A DNA stretch of 64,000 nt from a virus: positions 36,970 to 100,969 of IMG/VR virus record IMGVR_UViG_3300045988_173425, one strand, 5' to 3'. Both the position numbers and the translations under genes were made by a program. Shown here piece after piece: positions 53,082-63,979 of this stretch (the stretch's first letter is position 1; each line of letters starts with the position of its first letter). A model generated the notes under the pieces. That model was not told the DNA's origin. It made no database searches and was given only the letters and a program-made list of their open reading frames with translations.

Positions 53082-53870
53082 ATGCCGACCATAGCAGGAA
53101 CAGTTCTGAACAAAGCCAAAGGAGACTTCGCTACCGCAGCGAGCGACGCGCTCGTTACGATGGGGCGCGGGTTGGTACACGCTGTTGCGCCGGACGACTA
53201 CGAGTATTACATGTGCACGTTGGAGTTGTTGAGGTCAAGCGGTGAAACAGCGGCTTTCATGAACTTACCTGTAATGCCCAGCAACATCACTGAAAGCCGT
53301 ACATCGCTAACTACCATCACCAAGACCAACAACGTGGTAGTGTCGATGATCAATCCATCGTTCAACCCCGTCGATATTTCACTGCGTGGTACGTTTGGCC
53401 GCAAATTGCGTATTTCATTCGGCCAGCAACAGTTCAAGGACCAAGCCGAGGACGGGGCTTCGATACCGTTTTTCAACATCGGTATGTTTACCGGAGCGGC
53501 TGGCGTTGGCGATAACCGAACGATGATTGCTAAAACGGGGTATGGTCTCACCAAGATGATGCAGAAAATCTTGACCGCTGCTACAAAGTTGGACCCCAAC
53601 GGCAAGCCCTATCGGTTGGTATTTACCAACCACGCTTTCAATACGGCGTATTACGTTGAGGTCGTTCAGGATAACTATTCGATGGATGAAAACAGCAACA
53701 TGATCTGGAATTACTCCATCGAACTCCGCGCTGTGGCGGCCTATACTACAATAAAGTCGGTGAACGACTTTTTAGGACAGGTCATGAACCAATCGTTGAG
53801 TAGAAGTGTGACACGCGTACTGGGGCAGGTTAGTGACCTGTTGACGTGCGGTGTCATGAATATGTTTTAG
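53082..53870 (+). CDS. hypothetical baseplate-region protein (262 aa)
   Basis: ATG ORF, co-directional. Confidence 0.65.
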   Translation: MPTIAGTVLNKAKGDFATAASDALVTMGRGLVHAVAPDDYEYYMCTLELLRSSGETAAFMNLPVMPSNITESRTSLTTITKTNNVVVSMINPSFNPVDISLRGTFGRKLRISFGQQQFKDQAEDGASIPFFNIGMFTGAAGVGDNRTMIAKTGYGLTKMMQKILTAATKLDPNGKPYRLVFTNHAFNTAYYVEVVQDNYSMDENSNMIWNYSIELRAVAAYTTIKSVNDFLGQVMNQSLSRSVTRVLGQVSDLLTCGVMNMF

Positions 53871-53872
53871 CC

Positions 53873-54874
53873 ATGTTGATACCTGAATACATAATCCGCT
53901 TTTCGAACGTCACGAAATATCGCCTGACGGAGTTCTTGGAACGGTATCAAGACTTCTTCGACAACGACTATGCATCCATAGACCAGTATTTTTCCGGTCT
54001 CAGCGAAAGCGTCGATCACGATCGTTTGCGCCGCCTTCAAAAACTTCTCGGCGATTGCCGCGAACTTCAGGCCCAGTTCAAGAACTACAGTAACCGCTTT
54101 GATAACTGCGGCTATTGGCTGCTGATGGAGTGGATAGACGATCTTATCATACAGGTGGAAAAGGTCATGAAGTTACCCAAGTTCCGCCGCACCACGCTTA
54201 CGGCTCGTAACTACAAGCCTGTAATTCAGGTCGAGTCTACTATTGGCGCACAACGTACCATGGAGGACTTGTCGTTTGCTATCCAGTCTAACGGCATGGA
54301 CCGCGTTTCATGGGAGCAACTGATGTTGGATAATGACCTTGAAGAAGACCAGTGGGAAATCGACGAACTGAAGCCTGTTACTGCCATGGTGAATAATATC
54401 ACTCCGGCTGCTGTGACGACTATTCTCGAACCGCCCGTCGGCGAACAGGTCTACGGCAAGGACATCGCGCGTAAAATTACGATCGAGGTTGAAGAAGAAG
54501 TGGAAACAAAGGCCGATTTCAGGCGATCTGGCGACCGAACGTCGGTTATATCGGCCCGGCGTATAGGTGACCTGAAAATCGCGAAATACAAGGATAATAT
54601 CGACCAAAAGGTGATGATCCTCATGGGACTAAACCGCGGAACGGTTCCTGATAATCCGTTACTGGGCGTTGACGCTAACCTCACCGCAGGCGTCACGGCG
54701 GCCCAGCTGTCATTACCCACGGTTCGACGCCAGATGGTCGATACGTTCCTTCAAGACGACCTGTTTGAATCGGTAGACATGACAGCCGTTGAACAGAACC
54801 AAGACTCGTTGGTTTGTACGCTTGAAATTAAGACGAAGTACAACGACAAAGTGACCAAAAAAGTGAAGCTATGA
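53873..54874 (+). CDS. hypothetical baseplate-region protein (333 aa)
   Basis: Start set at ATG 53873, 2 nt after the upstream stop; the track start 53846 is GTG. Confidence 0.65.
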   Translation: MLIPEYIIRFSNVTKYRLTEFLERYQDFFDNDYASIDQYFSGLSESVDHDRLRRLQKLLGDCRELQAQFKNYSNRFDNCGYWLLMEWIDDLIIQVEKVMKLPKFRRTTLTARNYKPVIQVESTIGAQRTMEDLSFAIQSNGMDRVSWEQLMLDNDLEEDQWEIDELKPVTAMVNNITPAAVTTILEPPVGEQVYGKDIARKITIEVEEEVETKADFRRSGDRTSVISARRIGDLKIAKYKDNIDQKVMILMGLNRGTVPDNPLLGVDANLTAGVTAAQLSLPTVRRQMVDTFLQDDLFESVDMTAVEQNQDSLVCTLEIKTKYNDKVTKKVKL

Positions 54875-56133
54875 TAACGCAAATAACGCCAATAGAGGAA
54901 CTCAAGCAGATGTGGCTTGAAATATTCCTGAATAAAACCGATAAGATATCTGACGTGTCAGCTGAGTCGGTTTTGAATGCCATGGCCTACGCCGATTCCA
55001 AAATCGGCCAGAAGATCATGGTCAATCAGGCCGTTATCGAAGGTCATATCTTCCCTGACACCGCCGCAGGCGAATACCTCGACGCGCTGGCTGCGTTACG
55101 AGGCGTTGCACCACGATTCGAAGCCGCTCCCGCTACGACCTACGTTCGCGTGATTGGCGATCCGGGCACGTTCTATCAGGCAGGCACGATGTTCACCTCA
55201 ACGACCGGGTTAACGTTCGTTTCCACGGAAGACGCGACTATTGGCGGCGTCGATGAAAATACAGGGCGTGTGGTTGTAAATTCACGGTTGGCGTATATCC
55301 CAGTTCGGTGTACGAAGTCCGGCGCTACTACCAACGTGCCTCCGCTGTCGTTGAATCGTGTTAATCCTACACCGCCGGGACATCAAAGTTGCACCAACGA
55401 ATATCAGGCCACTGGTGGGCGCGATAAGGAAGATGACGAAACGTTCCGCGTCCGTATCAAGGAAAGTGTCAACCAATTGGCAATGAACACTCTGTCGCAG
55501 TTGGAGCAGGTACTGATGAAAATCAACCCACGTGTTCTTCGAGTGTTGAAAGGCGGGTATGGCGAATCGCAAACTACAGGTTCTGCCGCTGAAAGCCGTA
55601 TCAACCTCACGGTGGTTTCAGTCAACGGCCAGAACTTCACTCAAGAAGAGTTTGACGAAATGTATTCCCGCGCCGAAGAGTATTTGTGTCTTACCGACCT
55701 GTTGCGCGTTTCTATCGCCGGAGCGCGTTATCCGGCTATCAACCTGCGTAACGTGAACTGGCTTGCGGTCAACGTCGACTTCCGTGTTGATATCGACCCG
55801 GCCTACAACACGGACGACGTTCGTACCCAGATTCAACTTCAAATGAACAAACTGTTCGACTATCGTTTCTGGAAACCGGGCGACAAGGTTGAATGGGAAG
55901 ATATGCTGTATGTCGTCAAGAACGTCGAGGGTGTGCGCTACGTTCCCGATACACACTTCAACCCCAGCTACGATATTAACGTTCCGGAATACACGTTACC
56001 TCGTGTACGGAGTTTCGTGATGCGCGATTTGGACGGTAACGTGATAATCGACAACAACGGAGTTCTTTCTGAAGTGTTCTACCCTAACGTCGAAGACTCA
56101 AACTACCAAGCAACCGTGTTAATGTCTATCTGA
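54871..56133 (+). CDS. baseplate J-like (wedge) protein
   Basis: 420 aa. The N-terminal region ...AESVLNAMAYADSKIG....IFPDTAAGEYLDALAALRGV resembles the Baseplate_J pattern. Position fits. Confidence 0.55.
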   Translation: MITQITPIEELKQMWLEIFLNKTDKISDVSAESVLNAMAYADSKIGQKIMVNQAVIEGHIFPDTAAGEYLDALAALRGVAPRFEAAPATTYVRVIGDPGTFYQAGTMFTSTTGLTFVSTEDATIGGVDENTGRVVVNSRLAYIPVRCTKSGATTNVPPLSLNRVNPTPPGHQSCTNEYQATGGRDKEDDETFRVRIKESVNQLAMNTLSQLEQVLMKINPRVLRVLKGGYGESQTTGSAAESRINLTVVSVNGQNFTQEEFDEMYSRAEEYLCLTDLLRVSIAGARYPAINLRNVNWLAVNVDFRVDIDPAYNTDDVRTQIQLQMNKLFDYRFWKPGDKVEWEDMLYVVKNVEGVRYVPDTHFNPSYDINVPEYTLPRVRSFVMRDLDGNVIIDNNGVLSEVFYPNVEDSNYQATVLMSI

Positions 56134-56134
56134 T

Positions 56135-58261
56135 ATGAATCTCACTACCTCTATACGCAGTAAGGTCGTTGTTTCGTCATCGAACGAAGTAACGATCACC
56201 GCCGTGGCTGAAGGCAAATTGCCTGAAATCTACGAGGCTGAGATTCTTCAGGAGCCGAAAACCATCAACAATACGTCAGGAGTTCAGGGCGACCTCATGA
56301 TCAGTCTCGATAAGCCGCCTGCTGATGCTGCTCTTACGAGTGATGGCCGACTGGTTTTAACCGTGTCTGACGGCGAAGAGGATAAGTACCGCCGCGACGG
56401 TGCAAACTTGATGTATGACCGCACAACGGAGCCTGCGCTGAATAATACGATGGCTAACGTCGGCGATCAGCTGTTGGTGGCCATAACGTGTGATATATCA
56501 GGCCGCGTGTCGTTGACGGAGTTCGTTGACGACCTTACAGGCGTAAGCGCTCCAGCCGACGTGGTGAGATTATTCCAAGTGTCGGCCGACGGTATTTTCT
56601 GGACTGAATGGACTGAACTAACCGACGCCGTTCTTCAAGCGTTAGACCCCATTACGGCTGATGGTGCGTTGATGATCTCGATTCAGTACATCCGTCAAGG
56701 GGGCCTCGACCCCATCGAGTTCAAGTCGGCTATGTTCAGCGGCGCGGTTGAGCCTATACAGTTTGTTGCCCCGGTTATCGACGAGTCAATATTCGCTTCA
56801 GTGGCTTCTTCTGAACAGACCAAGCGTATAGAGCGTAACCTGTTCAAGAAACTGTACTATCGCGGCGTGATGGCGCAATATGTTACCCGCGGCGCTAATC
56901 GTGACTACGACGAAGATCGTGACTACGTTTCGTTGTTTTCTACCGTTGGACGTTTCTTTGCCATGATGGTTTCGTTCGCTAAACGGTTTGAAAACATATA
57001 CAACGACTTCGAACTCCTGCGTGAGTACGTTCGTCAGATAGGACTGTATTTCGACGAAAAAAGCGTCACGCTGGAAGAACTTCAGTATTTGGCTTCACAC
57101 TACTACGATGAGATACGCCAGCGCGGTACAGCCATGGTGTTTGCTCGGCGTGACAAAAATAGACCCTACAACGGCGAATTCGTAAGGCTGTTCGGCATCG
57201 AAGACAGTGACGAACTTTTGACCGCCAACCTGCCTGCGTCAGCCATGGGTTGGTGTTTAGGGAAGTCGTCGCCCTTGTATCGCGGCGTTGGCGATTCTAA
57301 CCAGTTGAATAAAACCCGTGAAACGTCGCCTGACTTTGAGGCGTTGGACGACTTCGTGACTACGGGAAATGTATCCATCGAAGAAACCGCCGATAAGTAC
57401 ATCGTTGGCTACGACCGTGAAACAAAGGCTCCTATTTACAAGAACAAGGTTTGCCTCAAAATAACGGAACAAGGCGGTTTAGGACGCGGTGACGCCACTA
57501 CGCCTGTTGATGATCGGGTGTATACCGCTGACTGCAACCTTTCATACGAAGTGTCGTTTTGGATGAAGAGTAACGGCAAGGGAACGCTGAATTTCGGCGT
57601 TGAAGGTTTCAACATTTTCAAGACCGCACTCAACACGGGATTCATTCGTTTGGATTCCACGCAGGTGACAGATTATTTCGCCAACGAATTGCCACTTTCG
57701 TCCTTGAAGGCCAACACGTGGTATCACGTTCGCGGTATTATCCACGCTTACAACACCAAACCCATTACCGTAAACGCACCTGGCCTGAACATTGCGCCGC
57801 ACCTTGGTACGCAATTATGCTACAACAATTATTCGGTTGAGTACATTCTTCCGAAGATTCAGTTAAGTGGCGACGACTCCGCGGCTGTACTGTACATCTG
57901 GGACTACAAGATACGACCGCTCGTATACGGCAGGAATATTCTTCCGCTCAAGGAAACGCTCCGCGTTGACGCTCGTTCAAACGGATTTATACAATCACAG
58001 CGGTTGTTTTACATCTTCTTGAAGAATAACAACAACTCAATGTCGCAAGCCCAGCTGGAACAAATCGTGAATAAATACCTCATACCGTATGGATTCCAGC
58101 CTGTGTTTGTGTACGGTACTACGCCAGTTAACACTTCAACTACACCGTCGGAATTTACGCCGTATTTGGTATTGACGCCAAATTCAATTATCATAAACGC
58201 GAGTGGCACTCCAGCGCTTGTGGACCTGAAGACCAACACCAACGTCATTAAAGTTGAATAA
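56135..58261 (+). CDS. baseplate/tail-fibre-associated protein (708 aa)
   Basis: Long ATG ORF 1 nt after the J-like gene. Confidence 0.65.
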   Translation: MNLTTSIRSKVVVSSSNEVTITAVAEGKLPEIYEAEILQEPKTINNTSGVQGDLMISLDKPPADAALTSDGRLVLTVSDGEEDKYRRDGANLMYDRTTEPALNNTMANVGDQLLVAITCDISGRVSLTEFVDDLTGVSAPADVVRLFQVSADGIFWTEWTELTDAVLQALDPITADGALMISIQYIRQGGLDPIEFKSAMFSGAVEPIQFVAPVIDESIFASVASSEQTKRIERNLFKKLYYRGVMAQYVTRGANRDYDEDRDYVSLFSTVGRFFAMMVSFAKRFENIYNDFELLREYVRQIGLYFDEKSVTLEELQYLASHYYDEIRQRGTAMVFARRDKNRPYNGEFVRLFGIEDSDELLTANLPASAMGWCLGKSSPLYRGVGDSNQLNKTRETSPDFEALDDFVTTGNVSIEETADKYIVGYDRETKAPIYKNKVCLKITEQGGLGRGDATTPVDDRVYTADCNLSYEVSFWMKSNGKGTLNFGVEGFNIFKTALNTGFIRLDSTQVTDYFANELPLSSLKANTWYHVRGIIHAYNTKPITVNAPGLNIAPHLGTQLCYNNYSVEYILPKIQLSGDDSAAVLYIWDYKIRPLVYGRNILPLKETLRVDARSNGFIQSQRLFYIFLKNNNNSMSQAQLEQIVNKYLIPYGFQPVFVYGTTPVNTSTTPSEFTPYLVLTPNSIIINASGTPALVDLKTNTNVIKVE

Positions 58262-58265
58262 AGAT

Positions 58266-59624
58266 ATGTCGAAATTGAAACTATCGCCAAACCTCTTTCT
58301 CGAGGTGGCTGAATTGGAGAACTTTCGTCGCCTGATGGTAGACGAAGGTTACAAGGCCGTGTTCCAATCGATGGTGAAAAACTTCGGAATTGCTCGTAAT
58401 TCCGACTCCAGTGCTTTTGAAGTCACGGCTACTGGCGAAGAAAACATCGTTTCCGTGGCCCCCGGCGTGGCGTGGAATAAGGACTTTGATCGTATCATAA
58501 GTCAAGAGGCCGTTACACTTCAGGCCCTTCAGTCCGACGTCAAGACGTGGATAATTCTTTCTCGCGCCACAACAAACTACGAAGCAGGAACGGTTTCCGT
58601 CACTACCGACGGCACGCTTACTGGTGTTGGAACCGAATTCACAAAGGTACTGCGCGGTGGAGACAACTTCCCTAACGCCGTTAAGTTCATCGACTCTACA
58701 GCCAATATCCTCAGTTACGAAGTTATCAACGTGGTTTCTGACACGTCGGCTGTTATTGCCGCTCCCGCTACGGCCGAAAGCGACATGCGATACGGCGTTG
58801 TTGGAGCCTTCACGCCGGGCTTCGTTCCGTCGGCGGCCAATGAACTCATTTACGAGTATGACTCCTTCCAAATTAGGATGGTACAGTCGGAAAACGCGCC
58901 TGAAATTCAAGAGGGCTATGAGTTTATCATCGCCCAGCTGAACTGGGATAGCGGTGAAATGTCGATCGTCGATATGCGCAACTCGTGTACGTTTGACGCC
59001 GAACCCGCGCAGGAAATCGCTGCTGCTTCAACCAATATCGTGAGCGTATTGAACGTAGAACGGTACGGAAATATGCTCCGCGTTGGCGTTGAAAACGGAT
59101 ACACCGTAACGGGTTTCGAAATACGAACATCGACGCTTCAATTCCGCATTTTGGAAGGCAAGAATAACGTACTCGGTACGGTATCAGGCGGCGCAGGCAG
59201 TATTCCGACATCGGCATTTGCCGGTTGGACGCTGTTCAATCGTGCTACTGGAAAGGGTGTTCGTATCGTAGATAACGCCAACACTACACTTACGCTGGCT
59301 TCGTGGAGCGGCGATATTGCACTTGGCGAAGGCGACGAATTCGTGATTGTACCAACGGTGGCTGATATCGAATACCAGCTACTGGCCGCTGGAGCGACTA
59401 CATGGAGCAGCGTTCGAACCACAGCGCGTTTCCCCGTTACGGACGCTCAAGTCAACATCTTCGTACCGCTCAACAGCGGTCAAACTTCTCTCACGCTGCG
59501 CTACCGTGATATTGACGGTCGTGCTGCAAGTGCCTTCAAAGCATTCGCCGCTGCAGGTTATAAAGACCTCATTGACGGAATGTCGAAAATACTGACGAAC
59601 TCTGTTTTGACTGTAAATCTATGA
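58266..59624 (+). CDS. tail-fibre-region structural protein (452 aa)
   Basis: Start set at ATG 58266; the track start 58254 is TTG. Confidence 0.65.
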   Translation: MSKLKLSPNLFLEVAELENFRRLMVDEGYKAVFQSMVKNFGIARNSDSSAFEVTATGEENIVSVAPGVAWNKDFDRIISQEAVTLQALQSDVKTWIILSRATTNYEAGTVSVTTDGTLTGVGTEFTKVLRGGDNFPNAVKFIDSTANILSYEVINVVSDTSAVIAAPATAESDMRYGVVGAFTPGFVPSAANELIYEYDSFQIRMVQSENAPEIQEGYEFIIAQLNWDSGEMSIVDMRNSCTFDAEPAQEIAAASTNIVSVLNVERYGNMLRVGVENGYTVTGFEIRTSTLQFRILEGKNNVLGTVSGGAGSIPTSAFAGWTLFNRATGKGVRIVDNANTTLTLASWSGDIALGEGDEFVIVPTVADIEYQLLAAGATTWSSVRTTARFPVTDAQVNIFVPLNSGQTSLTLRYRDIDGRAASAFKAFAAAGYKDLIDGMSKILTNSVLTVNL

Positions 59625-60514
59625 TGCTCTACTTAACAGGCGCACCGAACTCCTTGATGACGTCATCTGACGCGCCTCAGAACGACCCTCGTATGAGTTT
59701 GGGAGGTTACGTCAGTTCGACCCCGGTGCCGAATGCGGCGTTGAATACGCTGTTTGACCAGGTGTCGCTGCTTACGCTTCAGAACCGTCCTACGGAATGC
59801 ATGGCGTTTGCGCTCATCAACAAGACGTCACAACCTGTGGCTGACGTTGAAATCAAGATCGTTGGTGCTGATGATGATTTATGCCAGTTTGAAGTGGCTG
59901 CGGTAGTGGTGAAGAACCTTCAAATGGAATCGCTCCGCAACCGATACTCGTTACCCATCGGCGCCACATTCTACAACGCCGACTTTCGACGTGCAGGCGT
60001 GCAAGTGACCATACAGTCGCCTGCGTCCGTAGGTGAGGAGTTTGTATTAGAACCCTTCAATATTCTCGTCAAATCGCCTAAAACGGCCGATTACGAAGGA
60101 ACGTTCAATGCTGTTAAAGCAGCGTTCGAGGGTAGTTCAGTATGGCAGGTGGTATACATCAGTGAAAAGGTCTTCCGCATTGAACGCAAAGACTACGAAG
60201 CTATCGAGCCGTTCCCTGTGGAAGTAATGGCTGAAGAAGACGGTCGAATACGCTTGGAGTTCGATGGTGACTTCCGCAACGCCATCAATAATACGCTGCT
60301 GTTGGCTGAGAAGCTAAATCCTGATGACTGCATAGGAATCTGGCTCAAGCGTACCATCAAGGAAACAGCGCATAAGACGTGCGATCAACTGTTCGAAGAA
60401 TACGACGAAAAAGTCAAAGAAGAAACTCTCGAACGTATTTCACTTGTCGTCAATTATAACCCTGTTGACACTCGTGAATACAGCGACGAGTATAACGAAC
60501 AAGAATATTCATAA
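59621..60514 (+). CDS. tail-fibre-region structural protein (297 aa)
   Basis: ATGA overlap with the upstream gene. Confidence 0.65.
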   Translation: MMLYLTGAPNSLMTSSDAPQNDPRMSLGGYVSSTPVPNAALNTLFDQVSLLTLQNRPTECMAFALINKTSQPVADVEIKIVGADDDLCQFEVAAVVVKNLQMESLRNRYSLPIGATFYNADFRRAGVQVTIQSPASVGEEFVLEPFNILVKSPKTADYEGTFNAVKAAFEGSSVWQVVYISEKVFRIERKDYEAIEPFPVEVMAEEDGRIRLEFDGDFRNAINNTLLLAEKLNPDDCIGIWLKRTIKETAHKTCDQLFEEYDEKVKEETLERISLVVNYNPVDTREYSDEYNEQEYS

Positions 60515-60519
60515 GCCTT

Positions 60520-61638
60520 ATGCCACTGTCTTATAACGACGTCCGTAAACTCATCCTTCAGACCCTCGAAGAGCGGCCCGAGGGGACCAAGGTAGAGGTC
60601 CCCAACCAGCAGAACTACGAGTTGGCGCTGTTGGACTACGTTCAGCAGTTGGAAACGACGATGAGTACGTCGATGGTCGGTATCGCCGACGCCACCACGG
60701 AGCCTATCGAACCGCCTTCGGCGCGTGTTGCGTACCTGTCGCAAGTGGGCGTCAACACCACCGTAACGTACAAGAACTTCGTCGATGCCCAGTTGAATCC
60801 GCTGGAAGTTACTACGGACGAAAGTCATGTGGCGTTTGTAACGCTGTTCTGGAATACCAACTACTGGCAGTTACAAGCCGTTATGATCCCCGTTATTGGC
60901 GGCGGTGGCGGTACAACGGATTATAACCAACTTAACAACCTCCCTACTATTAACGGTGTTACGATCAAAGGTGATCTTACGGCTGAAATGCTGGGGTTGG
61001 TTTCAACGGAAATATTCAACAACTACAAGAGCACTACCGACGGTCGCCTCAACGCAATCGAAGAGGTGTTATTCGGTCAAAAGGCTACGCTGACGGCGGC
61101 TGTGGTTCCGACTCATATCGCCGACGGTGTACCGACCGACGTGACTGTCAGCTGGTCTACACAGTACGACGGTCAAGAGGTAACGCCTGATTCACTCACG
61201 GTAAAACGCGGCGACACGGTACTTACGACCGACGTATCGCTTAAGAGCGTTGTAGACCGCGTATCTACCGCTGCACGGTACACGGTATCGGCTGTGATAA
61301 AAGGCGTCGCAAAAACGGCTGAAATCGTCGTTGAATCGAATTCCGCTATGTATTACGGAGCCAATCCGAAGGACACACTCACTGAAGACGATGTACTGGC
61401 TCTTTCGAAGCGTGAAATCGAAGGAAGCGCTGCAGGCGATATTGAGGTTATGTTCAACGAGGTGGCATATCTTTGGGTGTGCGTACCTGCGCCAATGACC
61501 ATTCGCGGCGTTTCATCCAGCGGTTTCACTGTGCCTATGAAGCCTGCTGTGGAGGTTTTGGTCAGTGGAAGCAGTTATAACTGCTATCGAAGCGCCAACC
61601 AGTTTGCAACGGGTGAATTTATCGGTGTTATATCATAA
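60520..61638 (+). CDS. tail fibre protein (short), C-terminal domain paralogous to that of 61651-63474
   Basis: The C-terminal ~190 aa (..VTVSWSTQYDGQEVTPDSLTVKRGDTVLTTD...YLWVCVPAPMTIRGVSSSGFTVPM...YNCYRSANQFATGEFIGVIS) align along their length with the C-terminus of the next gene. Confidence 0.65.
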   Translation: MPLSYNDVRKLILQTLEERPEGTKVEVPNQQNYELALLDYVQQLETTMSTSMVGIADATTEPIEPPSARVAYLSQVGVNTTVTYKNFVDAQLNPLEVTTDESHVAFVTLFWNTNYWQLQAVMIPVIGGGGGTTDYNQLNNLPTINGVTIKGDLTAEMLGLVSTEIFNNYKSTTDGRLNAIEEVLFGQKATLTAAVVPTHIADGVPTDVTVSWSTQYDGQEVTPDSLTVKRGDTVLTTDVSLKSVVDRVSTAARYTVSAVIKGVAKTAEIVVESNSAMYYGANPKDTLTEDDVLALSKREIEGSAAGDIEVMFNEVAYLWVCVPAPMTIRGVSSSGFTVPMKPAVEVLVSGSSYNCYRSANQFATGEFIGVIS

Positions 61639-61650
61639 TTACAAAGTATC

Positions 61651-63474
61651 ATGGGAGAATACATCAACATTTATGGCTTGCTGTTCGCGAAGACTGCTGA
61701 CGGTAAACTCGCTTTCACGGGCCAAATCTGGGACGAGACGCTGCAAAAGTTCCAGTCCGACATCAACGCCAAAACCCCTCAACTTGGTGAAGACGGGAAA
61801 CTGCCTATCGACCTGCTGCCTGAATCGCTTCAGAACGCTACGTCGAGCGAGGTTGTAGCGTCGCTGCCTGAAACGGGCGAAGCCAACAAAATCTATCTCG
61901 TCAAGCGCGAAGGAAGCGATCCGGTGGTTTACGATCCTTCGATGTGGATCGACGGCGCTTGGGCTTCGTTTGGAGGATCGGACGGCGGTTCGGTGACATG
62001 GGATGACATCCTCAACAAGCCGACCATTGCCAACACCTATCAGCTCCCTGACGATTTTCAGTTTGGTACGCCTGTAAGCGACGAAGTTCATGCCGCTATC
62101 ATGGCTGCTAAACTTATCATCGTCCCTCAAATGTACACAGGAACTCCCGCCTACGCAGGGATGATTCTCACTTTCACCACGGCGACGAACGGAATTCTCT
62201 ATTTCAATGCGCCTTATATCGCTGATTCTTTCGTCAGAATCACTTACACCGAGGCCACGAAGATTCTGTCGGCTCCTGCTTCTTCGCATTACATCGACTA
62301 CTCGGCTGTACACACAACTCAGCAAACACTCTCGACTGCACAGAAAACGCAAGCACGAACGAACATTGGCGCCGCCGACGAGGAAGCGCTCAAAACGCTT
62401 TCGGACAATTTCGTAATGCCGATGATGGAGGCACTGGTGCCGATGAACGCAGGCACGGGCGGCGACGATCTTTCACAATACGATATCGCCGCCAACAGCG
62501 ATATGTACAACTTCTTGATGAAGTTGATCAAATTCCAAAACACCATCGGCTCTGAACTCACGAACCAAGTGTTCTGGTTTTACACGCAAAACAGCGATCC
62601 TGACGATTCAGGCCGGGTATTCAGCGCAGTCATTTCATGGGCCAGCACCGACAACGGCAAAAAGTTCACCGTGATACGCGCTAATGGCGATGTTGCCGAG
62701 TACGAAATCACGATCGACGAAAGCGGAAGTGAGGTTGTGCCCACGGCGCTTACACGCTTGAACCACTCCAACCTGTTTGCCGCCGGAACAGGTGCGGTTC
62801 TCTACGACAAGGCTCAAACGCTTCAAGACGCCGAAAAACTCCAAGCACGAGAGAATATTGGCGCCGCTTCTCAAGCCGACGTCGATGAAATCAACCAAAT
62901 CCTGTTCACCCAGTATACGGCCCTTACGATGAGTCGTACTCCGGCGTCGTTCGAAAAGGGCGTTGAAACCGCTGTGACGCTGAACTGGTCTACGAAGTTC
63001 AACAATCAGGAAGTCACGCCTGATTCCATCGAGGTCAAAAAGGGGTCTACGGTTCTTACTACCGATAAGACCCTCAAGACAATCGGCGATAACGTTTCCG
63101 ACACTCAAGCCTACTCCATGACTGCGGTCATCAAGGGTATTACCAAGACGGCTTCGGTGACGGTGAATGCTTACTATCCGATGTACTTTGGCGCGTCGGC
63201 CAAGGACGCTCTGGTTTCGGCTGACGTACTGGCACTGACCAAGCAGCCCATTAAGTCTTCGCCCGCCGGCAACGTAACAGTCGAGGTTGGTGCCAACGAA
63301 TACCTCTGGCTGTGTGTACCTTCAACGATGACCATCAACAGCGTGAAGTCGGGAGGCTTCGACGTACCGATGGCTGCTCCGGTTACGGTTGCCGTTGACG
63401 GCAAAGGAGACTACAAGTGTTACCGCAGCGCAGGTCCCTTCGCTGAAGGTACGTTTAACGGCGTAATTGCATAA
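61651..63474 (+). CDS. tail fibre protein (long)
   Basis: 607 aa. Two Q..AR.NIGA motifs typical of phage fibres (TAQKTQARTNIGAA, AEKLQARENIGAA). The C-terminal domain is shared with 60520-61638 and the N-terminal module with 63480-63698. Confidence 0.7.
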   Translation: MGEYINIYGLLFAKTADGKLAFTGQIWDETLQKFQSDINAKTPQLGEDGKLPIDLLPESLQNATSSEVVASLPETGEANKIYLVKREGSDPVVYDPSMWIDGAWASFGGSDGGSVTWDDILNKPTIANTYQLPDDFQFGTPVSDEVHAAIMAAKLIIVPQMYTGTPAYAGMILTFTTATNGILYFNAPYIADSFVRITYTEATKILSAPASSHYIDYSAVHTTQQTLSTAQKTQARTNIGAADEEALKTLSDNFVMPMMEALVPMNAGTGGDDLSQYDIAANSDMYNFLMKLIKFQNTIGSELTNQVFWFYTQNSDPDDSGRVFSAVISWASTDNGKKFTVIRANGDVAEYEITIDESGSEVVPTALTRLNHSNLFAAGTGAVLYDKAQTLQDAEKLQARENIGAASQADVDEINQILFTQYTALTMSRTPASFEKGVETAVTLNWSTKFNNQEVTPDSIEVKKGSTVLTTDKTLKTIGDNVSDTQAYSMTAVIKGITKTASVTVNAYYPMYFGASAKDALVSADVLALTKQPIKSSPAGNVTVEVGANEYLWLCVPSTMTINSVKSGGFDVPMAAPVTVAVDGKGDYKCYRSAGPFAEGTFNGVIA

Positions 63475-63479
63475 GTGTT

Positions 63480-63698
63480 ATGGCAGAGATCGATATATAC
63501 GGCCTTCTTCATAATAAGGCAGCTGACGGCAAGTTGGCGCGAACGGAACAAATCTTCGATGAGGAAGAACAGCAATTTCAAAGCGCGATCAATGCCAAAA
63601 CCGTTCGTTCTATTTCAGTTCGCGGTGTAGAAATCACCGAGAACGCACCCTCTCAACAAGACAACATCTTATACATTGAAGTAAAACCCGAAGAATAA
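63480..63698 (+). CDS. 72-aa protein homologous to the N-terminal module of the long fibre
   Basis: MAEIDIYGLLHNKAADGKLARTEQIFDEEEQQFQSAINAKT aligns with MGEYINIYGLLFAKTADGKLAFTGQIWDETLQKFQSDINAKT. Confidence 0.6.
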   Translation: MAEIDIYGLLHNKAADGKLARTEQIFDEEEQQFQSAINAKTVRSISVRGVEITENAPSQQDNILYIEVKPEE

Positions 63699-63979
63699 TG
63701 GCCAATAGAAAGATAGCGGATGTGGTACTCAACGGACGGCGTTTGCTGTCCGGCGAGGCCGTCCGTCGTGTTCTATTCAACGGTCAGGTTATTTGGCCTT
63801 TTATTGAAGGACAAACCACACCGACTATTCAACGTGTTGTCTACAATGGTGAAGTGTTGTATGATCGACGTTCCTTGCCATATCTCGACATTGAGAAATT
63901 GATTGTCTATGTAAGTCAAGACCCCTTGGAAGAGAGCAAGAACATGGTATTTACGAATACAGAATTTACTGTAGAATAA
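63698..63979 (+). CDS. hypothetical protein (93 aa)
   Basis: TAATG overlap with the upstream gene. It is the last ORF before the A-run at the window end. Confidence 0.55.
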   Translation: MANRKIADVVLNGRRLLSGEAVRRVLFNGQVIWPFIEGQTTPTIQRVVYNGEVLYDRRSLPYLDIEKLIVYVSQDPLEESKNMVFTNTEFTVE

